Below, piece by piece: positions 1 to 15,432 of a stretch of 64,000 nucleotides of DNA. The position numbers and the translations under genes were made by a program. The notes under the pieces are model-generated. The model worked only from the letters and a program-made list of their open reading frames with translations. It ran no database searches and was not told where the DNA came from. Position 1 is the first letter of the stretch, and every line of letters begins with the position of its first letter. The stretch is from Chrysomallon squamiferum. Lineage: Eukaryota > Animalia > Mollusca. The stretch lies in the NCBI GenBank assembly GCA_012295275.1, contig CM022669.1, positions 9,548,001-9,612,000 of the forward strand, in the 5' to 3' direction.

Positions 1-5
1 TTTAC

Positions 6-44
<39 letters not shown>

Positions 45-442
45 AAGATAGAGAGAAAGAGAGAGAGATGAGCACAAGGTTCACAAGTACTGTGTAATGA
101 AGGAAACGATAGACATATGAATCTAATTCCCACATAATGATGCACACACATGCATGCCAAAGCATATCTAAGTAGGTTAAATGAAACACATGCATATTCT
201 GTGTGGAAAAAAAAAAAAATGCAGTCAAGGATTCCATTAAGAAATGCATCAATCTGCAGGTAAAGTCAATTTGTTAACTAATTATCAGGTAATTATCTGC
301 AGGTAACTATTAGTTAACTAATCTTCGGCGGAATTCAGAGCTCGTCTCTGCCAGGCTATGAAAATCTTTCCTAACAGCGATAAACTCTGCTCTGTTTTCT
401 TTACGTTTTGTGAGGACAGTAGTCTATATGAGTGAGTGTTTC

Positions 443-481
<39 letters not shown>

Positions 482-799
482 GCATGTACTCTGAAACAAA
501 TACAGATACACACCCTCACACACATACATATATATTTATACATATATACACACATATATTTATACTGACATATTATATATAGATATACATACATGCACAC
601 ACACACACACAATATATATGTATACAAATTCCTCTAACTAATGAGCAGACAGACAGAAAATCAAATGAGAAGACAAAAATAAGAAAGATTATTAGTATTA
701 TTTTTTTTTTCATCTTCTTCGAGATAACCGTCTTAATCAGCTCACGAAGCCAGAACGCTGTGAAATTACGTGAAAAATTAATCTGTTCCGTGTACTACT

Positions 800-1230
<431 letters not shown>

Positions 1231-1317
1231 AGCGTGAGGGAGAAAAAGAAAGAGAGATAGAAGAAAAAGAAAGAAGATACTAGTTGGTCTATTTTTAGTT
1301 GATAAATAATCTAAAAT

Positions 1318-1322
<5 letters not shown>

Positions 1323-1403
<81 letters not shown>

Positions 1404-1525
1404 CCCTCTCTCCCCCTCTCTCTCTCTCATCTCTCTCTCTGTCACTCTCTCTCTGTCTCTCTCTCTATCTCTCTCTCTCTGTCGGTCTCTCTGTCTCTCT
1501 CTCTTTCTCTCCGTCTCTCTCTCTC
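1323..1525. repeat. (TC)n microsatellite
   Basis: Direct observation. Confidence 0.98.
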
Positions 1526-1881
1526 TATTTCTCTTCAGTTTACACAGACAGAGAGAGACGAAAAGACGAAGAAGCAATTCTGAGTGGTTGTCGTTGTCAG
1601 AGCGATTATGACATCCATTGTACTTGCCAAGATTTCAAACTGTCCTTGTTACTGTGTGCACTTTTAGAGCAGCCAGGCAGTAAATGCGGGTGAAAGGTTA
1701 AGTTACGTGGCTGTGTGGGTGTGAGTGTCTGGGTTCTGGAATCAGTGTTTCTTGTGCTTGTACTTTACTCAAACCGATCAAATGGAAAATATGATAGACG
1801 ATATTGAATTTATAAAATGTGTGCGTAAATGAACGAATAAAAGGATGTGTGTATGTGTGCCTGTGTGTGTATGTATGTATG

Positions 1882-2002
<121 letters not shown>

Positions 2003-2107
2003 GTATGTATGCTGATAGAGTAATCAAGAATTATTTTTACTTATATGTGATTTGTCAGTTCGGGTAAAAATAAATTACCGCTAACTTAGCACCATAAAAC
2101 AAAGACA

Positions 2108-2150
<43 letters not shown>

Positions 2151-3348
2151 AAATAATAATTTCCATAGCTACATCACAGAAAAATGTTCATCGCGGTGTA
2201 TTCAACTGCAGACGTAGTGTTTGACACATAATTGTATATTTATTGATAGTCTGGACACAATAACCGTTTTTCAAGCATCGACCAAATTATTTTCATAACT
2301 CCCAACGTCATCTCCTCTATATTTAAACGTTTCCTGATTTTCTTCCTATCGCATAATAACACAGCCTTCTTTGTTTGATGTCAGCATAACTGTTTTCTCT
2401 TCCTATATTTAATGAAACAAATAAATACCTTTTTTTTTTCTCTCTCTCTCTCTCTCTCTCTCTTTGTGTATTAGCATAGACGTTTCTCTCTTGGCATATT
2501 AGTGTAAATATTTCGCCTGTTAAAATAATGTTCTTCCAGCTATTGACGCTTGAGTCGTACATGACATTAATTCACAATGATTCATGTTTCTCATGCAATA
2601 TTCTTAAGAGTCGCTTTTTTATCGCTGTTTTAATGGAGTTTCATGCAATCCAATCATAGCAGATGGGGACATCTGCCAAGAGAATATTTGCGGTGCATCA
2701 CTCTGGAAGTGTGCGGGTCAGTTTAACGGAACCACGCTACGTTCTCTGGTATATAAAAAGGGCCAAAGGTCTTTTTCTTCATAACACGCCTCGCTGAATC
2801 AAGAAGAAAATAAAAAGAACCGAGAATACAGCAGTGGAATGAAATTTCTTCTTCTTCTTTTTTTTTTGTTCTTTTCTTGAGATGAAGCCAACAGTTTTCA
2901 ACAACACGTGAAAGAATAATGAGGGTGTTTCTGTGGGTTTTTTTTCTTCCGTATCTGAAATTGGTTTATGTTTTGTTGTGTCACCAAATGCAGAGTTTTG
3001 CATCTTCCAATTTTCTCAAGTATTCGTCTAATTTCGGGCAATGTGTCTTTTTCTGTTCTGTGTTTGGATATCTCTCTTTTTTTTTTGGTCGTATTCTTTT
3101 CTTTCCTGCTTTCTTTAAAATGTACTCTTTTTTTTTTTCTAATACTTCTTTTTACGATTCAGTTTGTTTTTTGTGTCTTCTGTGTTGTTGCTCAGATGCA
3201 CGCTTGGCTGTCTACGTCTTCTATGTTTTATTTTAAATTTACATTTGTTTTTCGATGAATTTTTACCTTTAAAGTAAAAATAATGATCCAGTTTTCTTCT
3301 CCTGAACGTCTCTCTCTCTCTCTCTCTCTCTCTGTATATATATATATA

Positions 3349-3399
<51 letters not shown>

Positions 3400-6115
3400 A
3401 TGTATGTAATGTATTTCTTTTTCTTTCTTCTTGCTCCAAATCATCATAAATTCAACAGTTCCTGATGTCAGATTTTCATCTGGATAACATAATTAAATAT
3501 CATTCCTTTTTTCCTTTTGTTTTATAACAATCTTCACCATCCATCATTTATCACCCAGTCGTAACCAGCACCACCCATCACCAACACACAGTTCACGCAC
3601 ACGTCACGCATAGACGATGACGTGGAGATAAAGACAGAACTGCTCGTCTGAGATGGACTGTATAATTTTCATCACAACTTCTGTTACCTTCTCTCCAGAT
3701 TAATAAAACAGTATCCCTCGTGTTGTCTGCGGCGCACGCATGTACGTTGTTGCACATGCCGACGTGATTGCGAGATGTCGTAGCCATCGCAGCGTAACGG
3801 AAAACGTAAACAATCTCGCCAGCGTCATTTCGCTGACGTCGTATCACTTACACGTGCAGTTACTAACACGTGCAAATGAAAGAAAATATTCACACGTATC
3901 TGTCATTGTGGGAATTATTTCTGTGTGTTTTTTTTTTTTTTTTTTCACATAAGTCAGAAGTGATGTCTTTTCCTTAATAATCTTCTTGGTGTTTGTTTGT
4001 TGTTTTTTTGTCATGTTTAATTCTATCGAGTTTTTGTTTCTTTGTTGTTATAATTATTATTATATTTTCTTTTTTTGGTTGTTTGCTTTTATTATTATTA
4101 TTATTATTATTATTGTAAAGTTGATTTAGAAAGAAAAGAATATTTTTACAATTATTATTATTTATTATTATTATTGTCGTAATCGTTATTACCTTGTTGC
4201 TATTTTTTTATGAAGATTCAGTGATTGCTAGATAATGTCTATGAGTTTACAGCAAACTGGAAATTCCACCATCTTCAGTTTACTCTATTACGATCTCTGC
4301 CAAACCTTAGTTCTTCCTTTCCTCTTTTCAAAAGAACTTTCAGCGTGTTTTTCATTAAACGTCTCTGACAGTTTGATAACCTTTGCACAGTCGCAGAAAT
4401 CTTTTCTCACAGAAAGTGTCTGCACTCTGTATGGATTTCAGAATATTAGTTACCTTGAATAAAAACATTCAGGAGGTTTTATATCTTCGTGTGTAGCTGG
4501 GGCTGTGTCTCTGAGACCTTAATGTGATTTATCTCAGCCATAAGACTACCGAGAACAGTTCTACACATCAGCTAAAAATCGACTGTGCAGGACGTCATGA
4601 ATTTAAGTACGATTTTCTAGCAAAAGAAAACATAAACGTCTGTCTGTTCTGGTTTAAGGGAAAGACGAGGAATCAGTACTTGCTTTACATGATTCAGTGG
4701 GACGCTTAGACTGATCAAGACAAACATTTTGATTCTATTGAACCAGTTCCTTCATTACTTGACACACGCGTATCTTGTTGACTGACATCTTTATCTGCTT
4801 TGATTTTTCTCACCATTGTTCAAATCGAAGACCTGTAGCAAGTTGAACTCACTGAAATACTGTTTCTTTGTTATTGATAAGTTTAACTGCGTTGGATTAG
4901 TTAAATCAGCTGGATTAAGAACTTAATACCTCATCATCATTTTGTGATGACAGAGATCATCATTAGAATGACTGATCGTCTCGTTAGTCTAACTGAATTC
5001 AGCGGTCAGTGTTGTTACGTACAGCTAGAATCACCAGTACGTTTTCACAGCGTTATTGTTGTCTCCGCTTTCGTTTCATTTCATTTTATTTTTCATTCCA
5101 TCTATTTGTCCCTGTCTCCTTCCATTGTTTGTTTTGTGTATTGTATATATGTGTGTGTATACAAAATAATCAAACACACAGATACGTGGTGTGTGTGAGT
5201 GTTTGTGTTTGTGTATAGAACCGTTTCTTTTCGCTGGTGTTATTGTTATTATTAATACATAGTGTGTTAGTTTGTTTTTACTTTTTGTTTGTGAAGGAAA
5301 GGTCCAAATTTTGTTGACTTTCGTTTCTGTGAGTTCTTTCGTTGTTGTTGTTGTTGTTTGCTTTGGTTTTCTTCATTTGATTCATCTCCAGTGATTCTTT
5401 TCGTGGCAAAATATCAGAGCCACCAACAGCAACACCAACTAGAGCATCAACATTTTCGATGATTTTTTTATAGTAATAACAACTTTAACACTGCGACTAC
5501 TACTACTCCTACTTATGTTACCACTGCTGCTACCATTACCACTACTATTATTACTACAACTACTAGTGCAACTTTTTCTACACAAAACTGAATGAATTAA
5601 AGCAAAATATCAATTTTAGTTTAGCTACTACTGATGTTAAACAATTAAATACACAAAATATCATTTTTAATAAAGTACAAACCAAACCAAATACAAAAAG
5701 ATCCAATTAATGAATATTTCTTTATAATGAACCGAATATTCCGGCAAACTCAAGATGCTAACATACTAACGTTATAAATTATGTGACATTTACTCTGGTT
5801 AGCATGTTATTTATTTCCTGAAACAAAAACAGAGATTCTCTGACGTCATCATACAACTGTTATTGACGTAATTAATTGAAAATGACACTAAGCCTTTGGA
5901 ATATCTTACACACGGATCAGGTACAGTTACCGACATTACTGGAGTTTTAGTCTCACGTTACAAAATACCTGCATCGAATATCTCTCTCTTACGATACACA
6001 GTGTCAAAAACAATAATAAATAGATAATTATTTTTATGGAGATATTTAGAGGTAACACAATTCCCTTGTTGTTGTTTTTTTTTTTTAGCATATTTTCATT
6101 GTGACATTTTTAATT

Positions 6116-6945
6116 ATGGCATTCCCGAATCTGGCAGTGAGATTGTAACACATCTTAATTGGACACGCCAGTTGTTCCATTTCTGGCAGTTTATTTCTCA
6201 CCCTTACTAATTGGTGTTCCGTCACCTTAACTGATGGCCCATCAACTTAATTGATATACTTTTGTTAAACTGTATTTTGTCCACAATTTGTAGGACAATC
6301 AGTCACACTCTACACAAGAAATGTTCCAGAAAGCACTCCACCGCAAGCGTCCCCTCCTCTTCATATATCTTTGGGATACTGGTCAGTTCATCCCATGCTC
6401 GCTTCCGCATGGTGTTGGTCAGTAGGTGGACAGCAACTTCGCTCTCATCCGAGGAATGGATATGGTCTTTACCTCTCCTGACCACCGTCCCATCCGGTGT
6501 AGTAGTCACGGTGTCAAGGCACCTCGAATACAAACATCTCCATGATATTCTTGTTATTAATCCGCCGTGCATACCTATATCCATCAAGTATGAGGTCCGC
6601 ACCTGGTTTTCTGCCATCCAAAATTTCTCCCTTCGCAGCCATGATCAAACATAACAAACATCATGACTGTACAGAATTTCAGATGTAGTTTTTCCTGTCT
6701 CCAAATTTTGCTGAGATACAACATTAATTTCATGTCTTCAAACATTAATTTTCTTGCAATCTCTATTCCGACTCACCTCTGCTCTTCACTGCTTCATTAA
6801 GGTTAATCTCGTTAATCGCCCCATCTGTTCTTTCATCCCTCTAAATTGGCCTTAATTGCTCAAGCCAGTTATCCCATTTCTGGAAGCGCATTATAACACC
6901 TCACCGATTACCTAATCTGGAGACTGCCAGTTTTGGGAACATACC
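6116..6945 (-). mobile_element. Internally deleted Mutator-like (FLYWCH-MULE) DNA transposon with imperfect TIRs
   Basis: Left end TTCCCGAATCTGGCAGT (6122-6138) matches the reverse complement of the right end TTCCCAAAACTGGCAGT (6923-6939) at 15/17. Encloses a FLYWCH-domain remnant. No convincing TSD. Confidence 0.7.
6303..6642 (-). pseudogene. Frameshifted FLYWCH zinc-finger (MULE transposase N-terminus) remnant
   Basis: From ATG 6642: MAAKGEILDGRKPGADLILDGYRYARRINNKN, a frameshift near 6548, then ISWRCLYSRCLDTVTTTPDGTVVRRGKDHIHSSDESEV...MRKRAWDELTSIPKIYEEE. Fits the L..GY.Y...WRC....C...H.H FLYWCH pattern. No DDE domain. Confidence 0.8.
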
Positions 6946-8143
6946 TTTTAGAACAGAAGTCAATGTAATTTTTGGTCACGGCCCCTAAATAATAAGTAAA
7001 TAAATAAATAGATATTGATAGTGATGATGATGATGATGATGATGATGATAATAATGATAATAATAATAATAATAAATACTAATACTGAAACTACTAGGAC
7101 TAAAACAACAACAATAATAATAAATTTGCCTTTAAGATAATTACTGCTGGTAGATTTTGCATATTTTGAATTCGTACAACCTAGATATTGTGCTTAAGAA
7201 TGAAACAAATATATACTTGACTTTCTTGAAGCATAAAACTGGACATATTTATTTATCAACAAAAGCCATGTAATGCATTTTCATGACGTCATGAAGTGAC
7301 TATAAGATATCAACAAAATACAGATAATGATAAAAGGAAAACCTTTTCTTATTTATATTTCTTTATTACGCCTCATCCTCCCCCCCCACAGTCAGGAAAA
7401 AACAAACGAAGAAAAAAACATAATAGTGTGTCAGTATTTTCATTCACAAAATTGGACTGTTTATGTTTACATAATTACCAAACTTAATAAACTGTTATCT
7501 TTATGCCATAAACACACAACTTGACAGAAGATATATATTTAAGTTGTGAATATTCAAAACATCACCACACCTTTGTCAAAAATGTTTTTTTTTTTTTTCC
7601 TTCAGAAATTACAAAAACTTAACAGTGCATCTTTAACACATTGTCGTCTGGTCACGGAAACTGGGTTGGGACTCGACTGGGGCGACGACGGAGCCCCCGA
7701 GTGCACGTTGCAACATTTTTTTTCTGCGACGTCTCCGCTCGCACAAACAAACAAGCGTAAACTAATTAAAACGGCGCAATGACAGCGTTTAACTCTCTCC
7801 CGGCCGTTTCCTCAGGCGTCGGGTTTACGTAATCATATTTATCTATGGCGAACTGTTACCAACAAAACAACCCTCTTAGCCCAAACCTAATTACCTCAGT
7901 GCTGGCGTCATCATAATCCTTGTGTAGGAAAATCGCTAACTATCATCACTTAGAGTCGGCTTTGCGCTTCTTTTTATTGCAACATTGTCATAACACTCCC
8001 CGTGAATTAACATTTTTTTACTCTCTCTCTCTTAATTTTCACAGTCCGAGAGATTTTTATAGATCGTGAAAAAAAAAGTTGTTTGTGTGCTACAGTCTAT
8101 TTTGTACTCTCAGCTATTTTGACTAACTTTCTGTTTTTTCCAC

Positions 8144-8500
<357 letters not shown>

Positions 8501-9265
8501 TCCCGCGTGTTTAACATAATTGTCTATTTCACTCTCAAAATCCTGTTAACACTAAACTGAGCGATGTTTCCCGTGATGACTTTAAAGTATGTGTCTCTGG
8601 CAGTGTCAGTAAAGTGTGTTTACGTTTAAAAATAATGTAACGACTTTAGCAAACTGTCTTAAATTTGTCCTTGGCAGCCTACAGTAACAGAAGGTGCAAC
8701 TGAAGGATATGTATTCATCTAGGCGTTTGAGAAACTGTCATATGCAAATTATGTGTTTAGTAAATGCAGAGAAAAAGAGAGAGAGAAATGCACACACAAA
8801 CACACATATCTAGAACTGGGAAAAAAAATGAAAATAGTTTAAACGACTAAGTCTATTTATTTATTTATTTATTTATTTTATAAATATTATTTTTTATATA
8901 TATATATATTTCGTTATTTACTTTATTTTGTTTTGTTTTTGTGTTTGGTTATGTAAATGTATGATTCTGTTGCTGTGTTTTACGACTGGTTCACATTCCT
9001 GTTCGCACCAGCGTAAAGTGAGTGTTGAAAAGTTCTTGTTTCTAGGAGTCACATGTTGCACACTTGCAGGTGTTAGTTAGTTACTCGGTGGGTGGTCTGC
9101 TGAGTGGGGGGGGGGAGGGGAGACGTCGTGGAGGTTACTGGAAAGTTTGTCTGATCGAGGCGTGACAGGTTACAAGATCAAAACTTCTTCATGGCACGTT
9201 TGATGTGAATGACTTTTTCAAAATCAGTAAATGCTTGTAAAACATTGCTTTGGTTTTTATCCAGG

Positions 9266-9734
9266 AGTAGTAGTAGTAGTTGTTGTTGTAGTAGTTGTAG
9301 AGATAATAGCTATAGCAGTAGCTGTAGTAATAATAGTATTAGTAATAGTGGTCGTGGTGGTGGTAGTAGTAGTGGTAGTAGTAATAGTAGTAATGATAGT
9401 AGCAGTAGTGGTAGTTGTTGTAAAAGTGATAAATGTAGTGGTAATGACAGTGGTAGCAGTAATAATAATAGTCGTAGTAAAGTAATAATAATAAGAGCAG
9501 TTGTAATCGTAGTGGTAATAGCAGTAGTGATAGTGGCAATAGTATTATCAGGAGTGAAGTTTAAACAACAATTATAATCGTAGTAATGAAAGTAGCAGTA
9601 GTAGCAGCAGTAGTATCAGAGGTATCTGTTACAGTAGTTGTTGTAGTTAGTTGACGTTATTTCTGTGAAGTGCAGAGCAATGACCTATAGAATGTATTTA
9701 ACGTTCTTACTCACTATCCGAACATCAGGAGTAA

Positions 9735-9814
<80 letters not shown>

Positions 9815-10010
9815 AGTAGTAGTAGTAGTAATAGTAGTAGTAGTAATAGTAGTAATAGTAGTAGTAGTAGTAATAGTAGTAATAGTAGTAGTAGTAGTAG
9901 TAATAGTAATAGTAGTAGTAGTAGTAGTAATAGTAATAGTAGTAATAGTAGTAGTAGTAATAGTAGTAGTAGTAGTAGTAGTAGTAATAGTAGTAGTAGT
10001 AGTTGTAGTA
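9266..10010. repeat. (AGT)n/(TAG)n trinucleotide tracts, degenerate 5' part and pure 3' part
   Basis: Direct observation. Confidence 0.95.
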
Positions 10011-10565
10011 AAGGTTATTGTTGATGTGGGTGTTTCTGTGGACGGTGGGACGGTGACTTACAGAAGTGTATGATGTAACGTTGTAGTAGCTGTCGCCCGT
10101 GGTTCATGCTTTGTTAGCTGGGACTGCGCTGATTATCGATTATTGCCGCTGAGTTGCTGCAAGCTCTGGCTGGCAGACGACTTAGAGCCATAAACGCGGC
10201 GATTTGCTTTCAGCTCTGTGTTAGTGTGTTTCACAATCACGCCTTGCTCTTTTGTGTGAACGCGAGTGTCTTTTAGCAACAAGCGAGAGAGAAAGAGAGA
10301 CTGAGAATGCACATTGTTGTCCATTGCGGTAAAGAGATTGCCTAAAATTCTAAGCCTCAAATACGGGTGCCTTTCGGTGTTTATTCTTGTAGGTATATAA
10401 AAATAATTTGTTTTAGTAATTTTAAAATTAAAAATTTATTTCTTAAATTATAACATCTGGTTTTCTGTGCATACATCACTATTTCTCTCTCTTTCTTTCT
10501 TTCACTCTCTCTCTGTCTCTCCTCTCGCTCTCTCTCGTTCTATCTTTCAATATGGCTGTGTTTGT

Positions 10566-10715
<150 letters not shown>

Positions 10716-11160
10716 ATCCATCTATCAGTTTATGACCTTTGTATCTCTCTCGCTCTTATTAGGTTTTCGTGGATTTTTTTAAAACTTTTTTCTTTCTATT
10801 TGTCTCTACGCTTAACCTCATTAGTCGACTGTTTCTCTAGCCATCACTCAGTCTGCGTTTATTTCTCTCACCCGCTTTTCTTTCTCATTCTACGTCGTTT
10901 GAAAGATTTAACAGCTACAGTTATAATCTGTTTATACTTATAATGCTGTAATGTTTATGCGTTAACTGAACATCAAGCAATGTTGTCTGTTTCAAAACAA
11001 GCACCTCACGAAAGTTTGCTTCTCACTGCGATGTTTGGATAACAGTCTGTCACTTAAGAACAGAGGAATCATAAGCTGAGCAAAACAAACGAGATTTACT
11101 GTCCAAATTTTGAAACTTTACCCCGTAAGCAAATTTAAGATAAACGCTGACAAGGCAGAT

Positions 11161-11379
<219 letters not shown>

Positions 11380-11950
11380 CAGAATGAAAAGAAAGACGCA
11401 GCGAAGACAATGCATCATATGAATATAATATTTTCAGAGAAAGTTTTCTAATATTGGAACTAAGCGATATTATTTTCAACCATACGGTTCTGATCCTATC
11501 AGAGCAAACCAGAAACTAAAACAAACAAAAACAAAAAAAAAAAAAAAGAAGCAATTATTATATTTAAACATGTACAAAAATAAAAAATTTATTAAAAGAC
11601 ACAAAGAAGACATCTGCCATTCATAACTGCATGACATTACATAAAGATGATAGTTTATACAGGTATGGTAATATAAGTAATTTGTAGCACACTTCCACTA
11701 GAGAACTCTGTTTTACATTCCTGTCGCTAAGTTATCGTTTTATTAGGATGAAGGGTATTTTGCCTGCTCCGTGTTAACACAGAAGCACTTTCGGACATTC
11801 CCCGCACGCAGCACGGAACACGACACTCACTTTGCTCAAAACAGCATTAACCAGGTTGAAACAAAGCAAATTGCTGTTAGAGAAATCATCTTATTACTCC
11901 CAGTGGACGTTAGCCAAATCTGCTTCTTCAGACTAAGTCATATAACAGAG

Positions 11951-11995
<45 letters not shown>

Positions 11996-12006
11996 TGTGT
12001 ATGTGT

Positions 12007-12053
<47 letters not shown>

Positions 12054-12088
12054 TGTATGTGTGTGTGTATGTGTGTGTGTATGTGTGT

Positions 12089-12179
<91 letters not shown>

Positions 12180-12232
12180 TGTGTATCTGTGTGTGTGTGT
12201 ATGTGTGTGTATGTGTGTGTGTGTGTGTGTGT
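11951..12232. repeat. (GT)n microsatellite with GTAT interruptions
   Basis: Direct observation. Confidence 0.98.
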
Positions 12233-12476
12233 GAGTTATGTGTGTGACTGTTAATGCACGATAGCACAAAACTCACGAAAGACGACTCTTCAAAGACGAC
12301 GAAAAGAAAGGAAACCAAAAACAAACAAATAAACAAGAAAGAAAAACAAAATCACACCAATAACAACAGCAGGAAGCAGTTGTTAAAATTAGATCAATTA
12401 AAAATCTACGTATTTGTTAATCATTGTATGTAAATGTTTATATAATAACAATACAAATCGATCAATAGTTAGATAC

Positions 12477-12575
<99 letters not shown>

Positions 12576-13200
12576 CTATTTAACCTCGTGTAACAAGCAA
12601 AATACATCAAACACTTGTACAGTAAAAGAAACTAAGTAATCAAGAAATTCACGAAACACTGAGATATTTCAGTCTGACAAAAAACGACTCAGAATATTTT
12701 TTAAACATTTTTATACTCTAATGACGTAACAACGACCAGTCCAAAAAAAACTATTTCAATTAAGAACTATTAAGAAAACGTTCATCTCTTCATAAAAGTT
12801 ATTTTACAGCCAAACTATTTTGTGTGTGTGTATGTCTGTCTGTGGCTTTCTTGTTTTATTTTGTTTTAATTTCTTTGTAATCATCTTCTTTTCATGTTGT
12901 TGCGGTTGTTGTTTTCTTTGCTATCAAAAGAACATGATATAATTATGTTCAATTTATGTTTTGTCTGGTAAACTAGCGGCATGCTGCCATATACAAGATA
13001 CTAAAGTAGCAATAATTTCCTCTTCCGCCTTCTCTTTTGAAAAACACATTACTCAATTAACTTACCTCTGAAAGTTAATCTGTGACCATTAGAAAGCACG
13101 TGTGTTTATCATTAAATAAACATTATCTTCTACTGCCAGATTATCATACTTGTTCTTTCTTTATTACCCCGAATATATATATATATATATATCTCTCTCC

Positions 13201-13326
<126 letters not shown>

Positions 13327-13998
13327 GCTTATTTCTATGAACTCTTTATTTCTTTGTCCATTTTTCTATAAGTCTTCTTCACCTGTATTTCTGTATTTCT
13401 CTCTCACTGGTTATCTAATCCTCGCTCTAAAATCTTTACACTTTCTATTAAGCAACACATTTTTAAACAGTAAACGCCATGTTGAAAAAATATATAAATT
13501 AAAGATCCTCTTATCATCCTTACACACTTAAACCCTCAACCACAGAAAGAAGCATCAACTACGAGAACACACTGAAAACCTTTCGTACGATAAACACAAT
13601 ACCTAATCTCTTTACACGAGGAATTTTGAGTACACATTTTCCTGGTGTATTTTTCTGTGTTATTAAAAGCAGGTGTGGTTAATTATTGTAGTTACTGTGG
13701 TAAATGTAGTCCGGGAAGATAACTCTGGAATTCAAAACACGTGGTCCCCGAGTTTGCTGTTGTTGTCTGCTATACGGAAACCCCAATCTATGTCAGATTT
13801 ACTTCTTATCATGAAATGTTTGGTTTTAGATAAAGCAATAGAAAGGGAATTGAGATGTAAATGCTGTTATTCATAAAGATAATAGTCTATACATATATCA
13901 CAATATATCATTGCTTTTCTCTATGTGTATATGTACATCACTATGTCTGTAAGAAGAAAATAATCGATCCATCAACCTGTTTTACTATGTACATATTC

Positions 13999-14030
<32 letters not shown>

Positions 14031-15322
14031 TATAGTTCGACTATATTACATGTCTTCGTTACAATGAATTATGTACAATAATGTATAATATGACACTGAT
14101 ATCTTTATAATGACTTAATGTCTGTACCTGCTGAAAAGTTATGTCTTTATTGCACAATACTAACGAAGCTAGACTGACAGATTATAAAGTAATCTACGTT
14201 CGGGGATTTTAGCATGCCACATATTAGCCAGTGCTGCACGGCGTGTCATCAAAACACGTGGTACGAACCGTCCTGACGGTTCCCTCCAAAAAGACAGACA
14301 TGCCATTTGATAGAGAAAACTCTTTATTGGTTCTTGTAATGTATCCTGTACACCCCTGACTGCTTCACTGGTACTGCTCCAGTCTGTTCCTGTAAGGTAC
14401 CATTGGTTGTTCTTATATCTACCAAATAAGCAACTAGGAGAACTTAATTGTAATCTGCTGAACGGAATTAACAAATGTAAAGATACTGTGTTTTATGAAG
14501 ACCGTGTTTTTAGAGTTTAACTCTTGGGCTTCTCCACTGCAATGTAATTCATTTCACATCAGATAGACATTGTTTATATAATCAATGATTATTATGTCTT
14601 TGACGACCAATGTCATACATTTAAACGACAGCTAATCATAGACATAATATATTAAAGTTCTTATATTTAGCTATATCAGACTATTCCATTATTTGGTACG
14701 TGTATTATTCAAGGTAAAAAAGCAGGTCGTTAGTAATGTGTTCAATCGTGTCTTGTGTTGTTTTAATGCATCTGCGTTATGGGACGTGTATGTCCATGGG
14801 AAGGTTCACATTCAGAATCACTTTCAGCTAATTAACGTGATCAGCTAAGACAAAGACCTAGTTTCCTCTGTCATATCATAATTAATAAACTTTCGTTCAT
14901 TCTGTTGTGATCCTCTATTAGATTTAATTTATTATCATAATAGCCGGCGTGTTTTTTTTTTTCTAAGGCATCTAAAAATATTTATTTTACTTTTCAGTAT
15001 TTGTCTTTGACCATTATTATCGTCATCCTAACAACTTAAAATTTTTGGCCTTTTTTGTTTTTTGTCTTTTTAATTTTAATTTTTTCTATTAATTAATTAA
15101 ATAATTGTAAATTAATTTAGCAGAACTTCAACGTGTTTGACATTGTTTACAAAGTCGCCCACGTTTCATCGTTTTAATGTTTGAGAAAGCCAGGAAATGT
15201 TACTGAGAAATGAAGAAATCACATTCGACAAATATCACTAATATTATCCCAAATTAAATAGAATGTTATTTCATTTCTTCTTTTTCTTCTTCTTCTTCTT
15301 GTTATTATTATTATTATTATTA

Positions 15323-15361
<39 letters not shown>

Positions 15362-15375
15362 TATTTAGTTATTTA

Positions 15376-15432
<57 letters not shown>

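Noticed and set aside
6262-6654. 130-aa plus-strand ORF
   Set aside because: Antisense shadow of the FLYWCH transposase remnant.
14169-14474. 101-aa minus-strand ORF of ordinary composition
   Set aside because: No recognisable domain, non-ATG start and no flanking exon partners.
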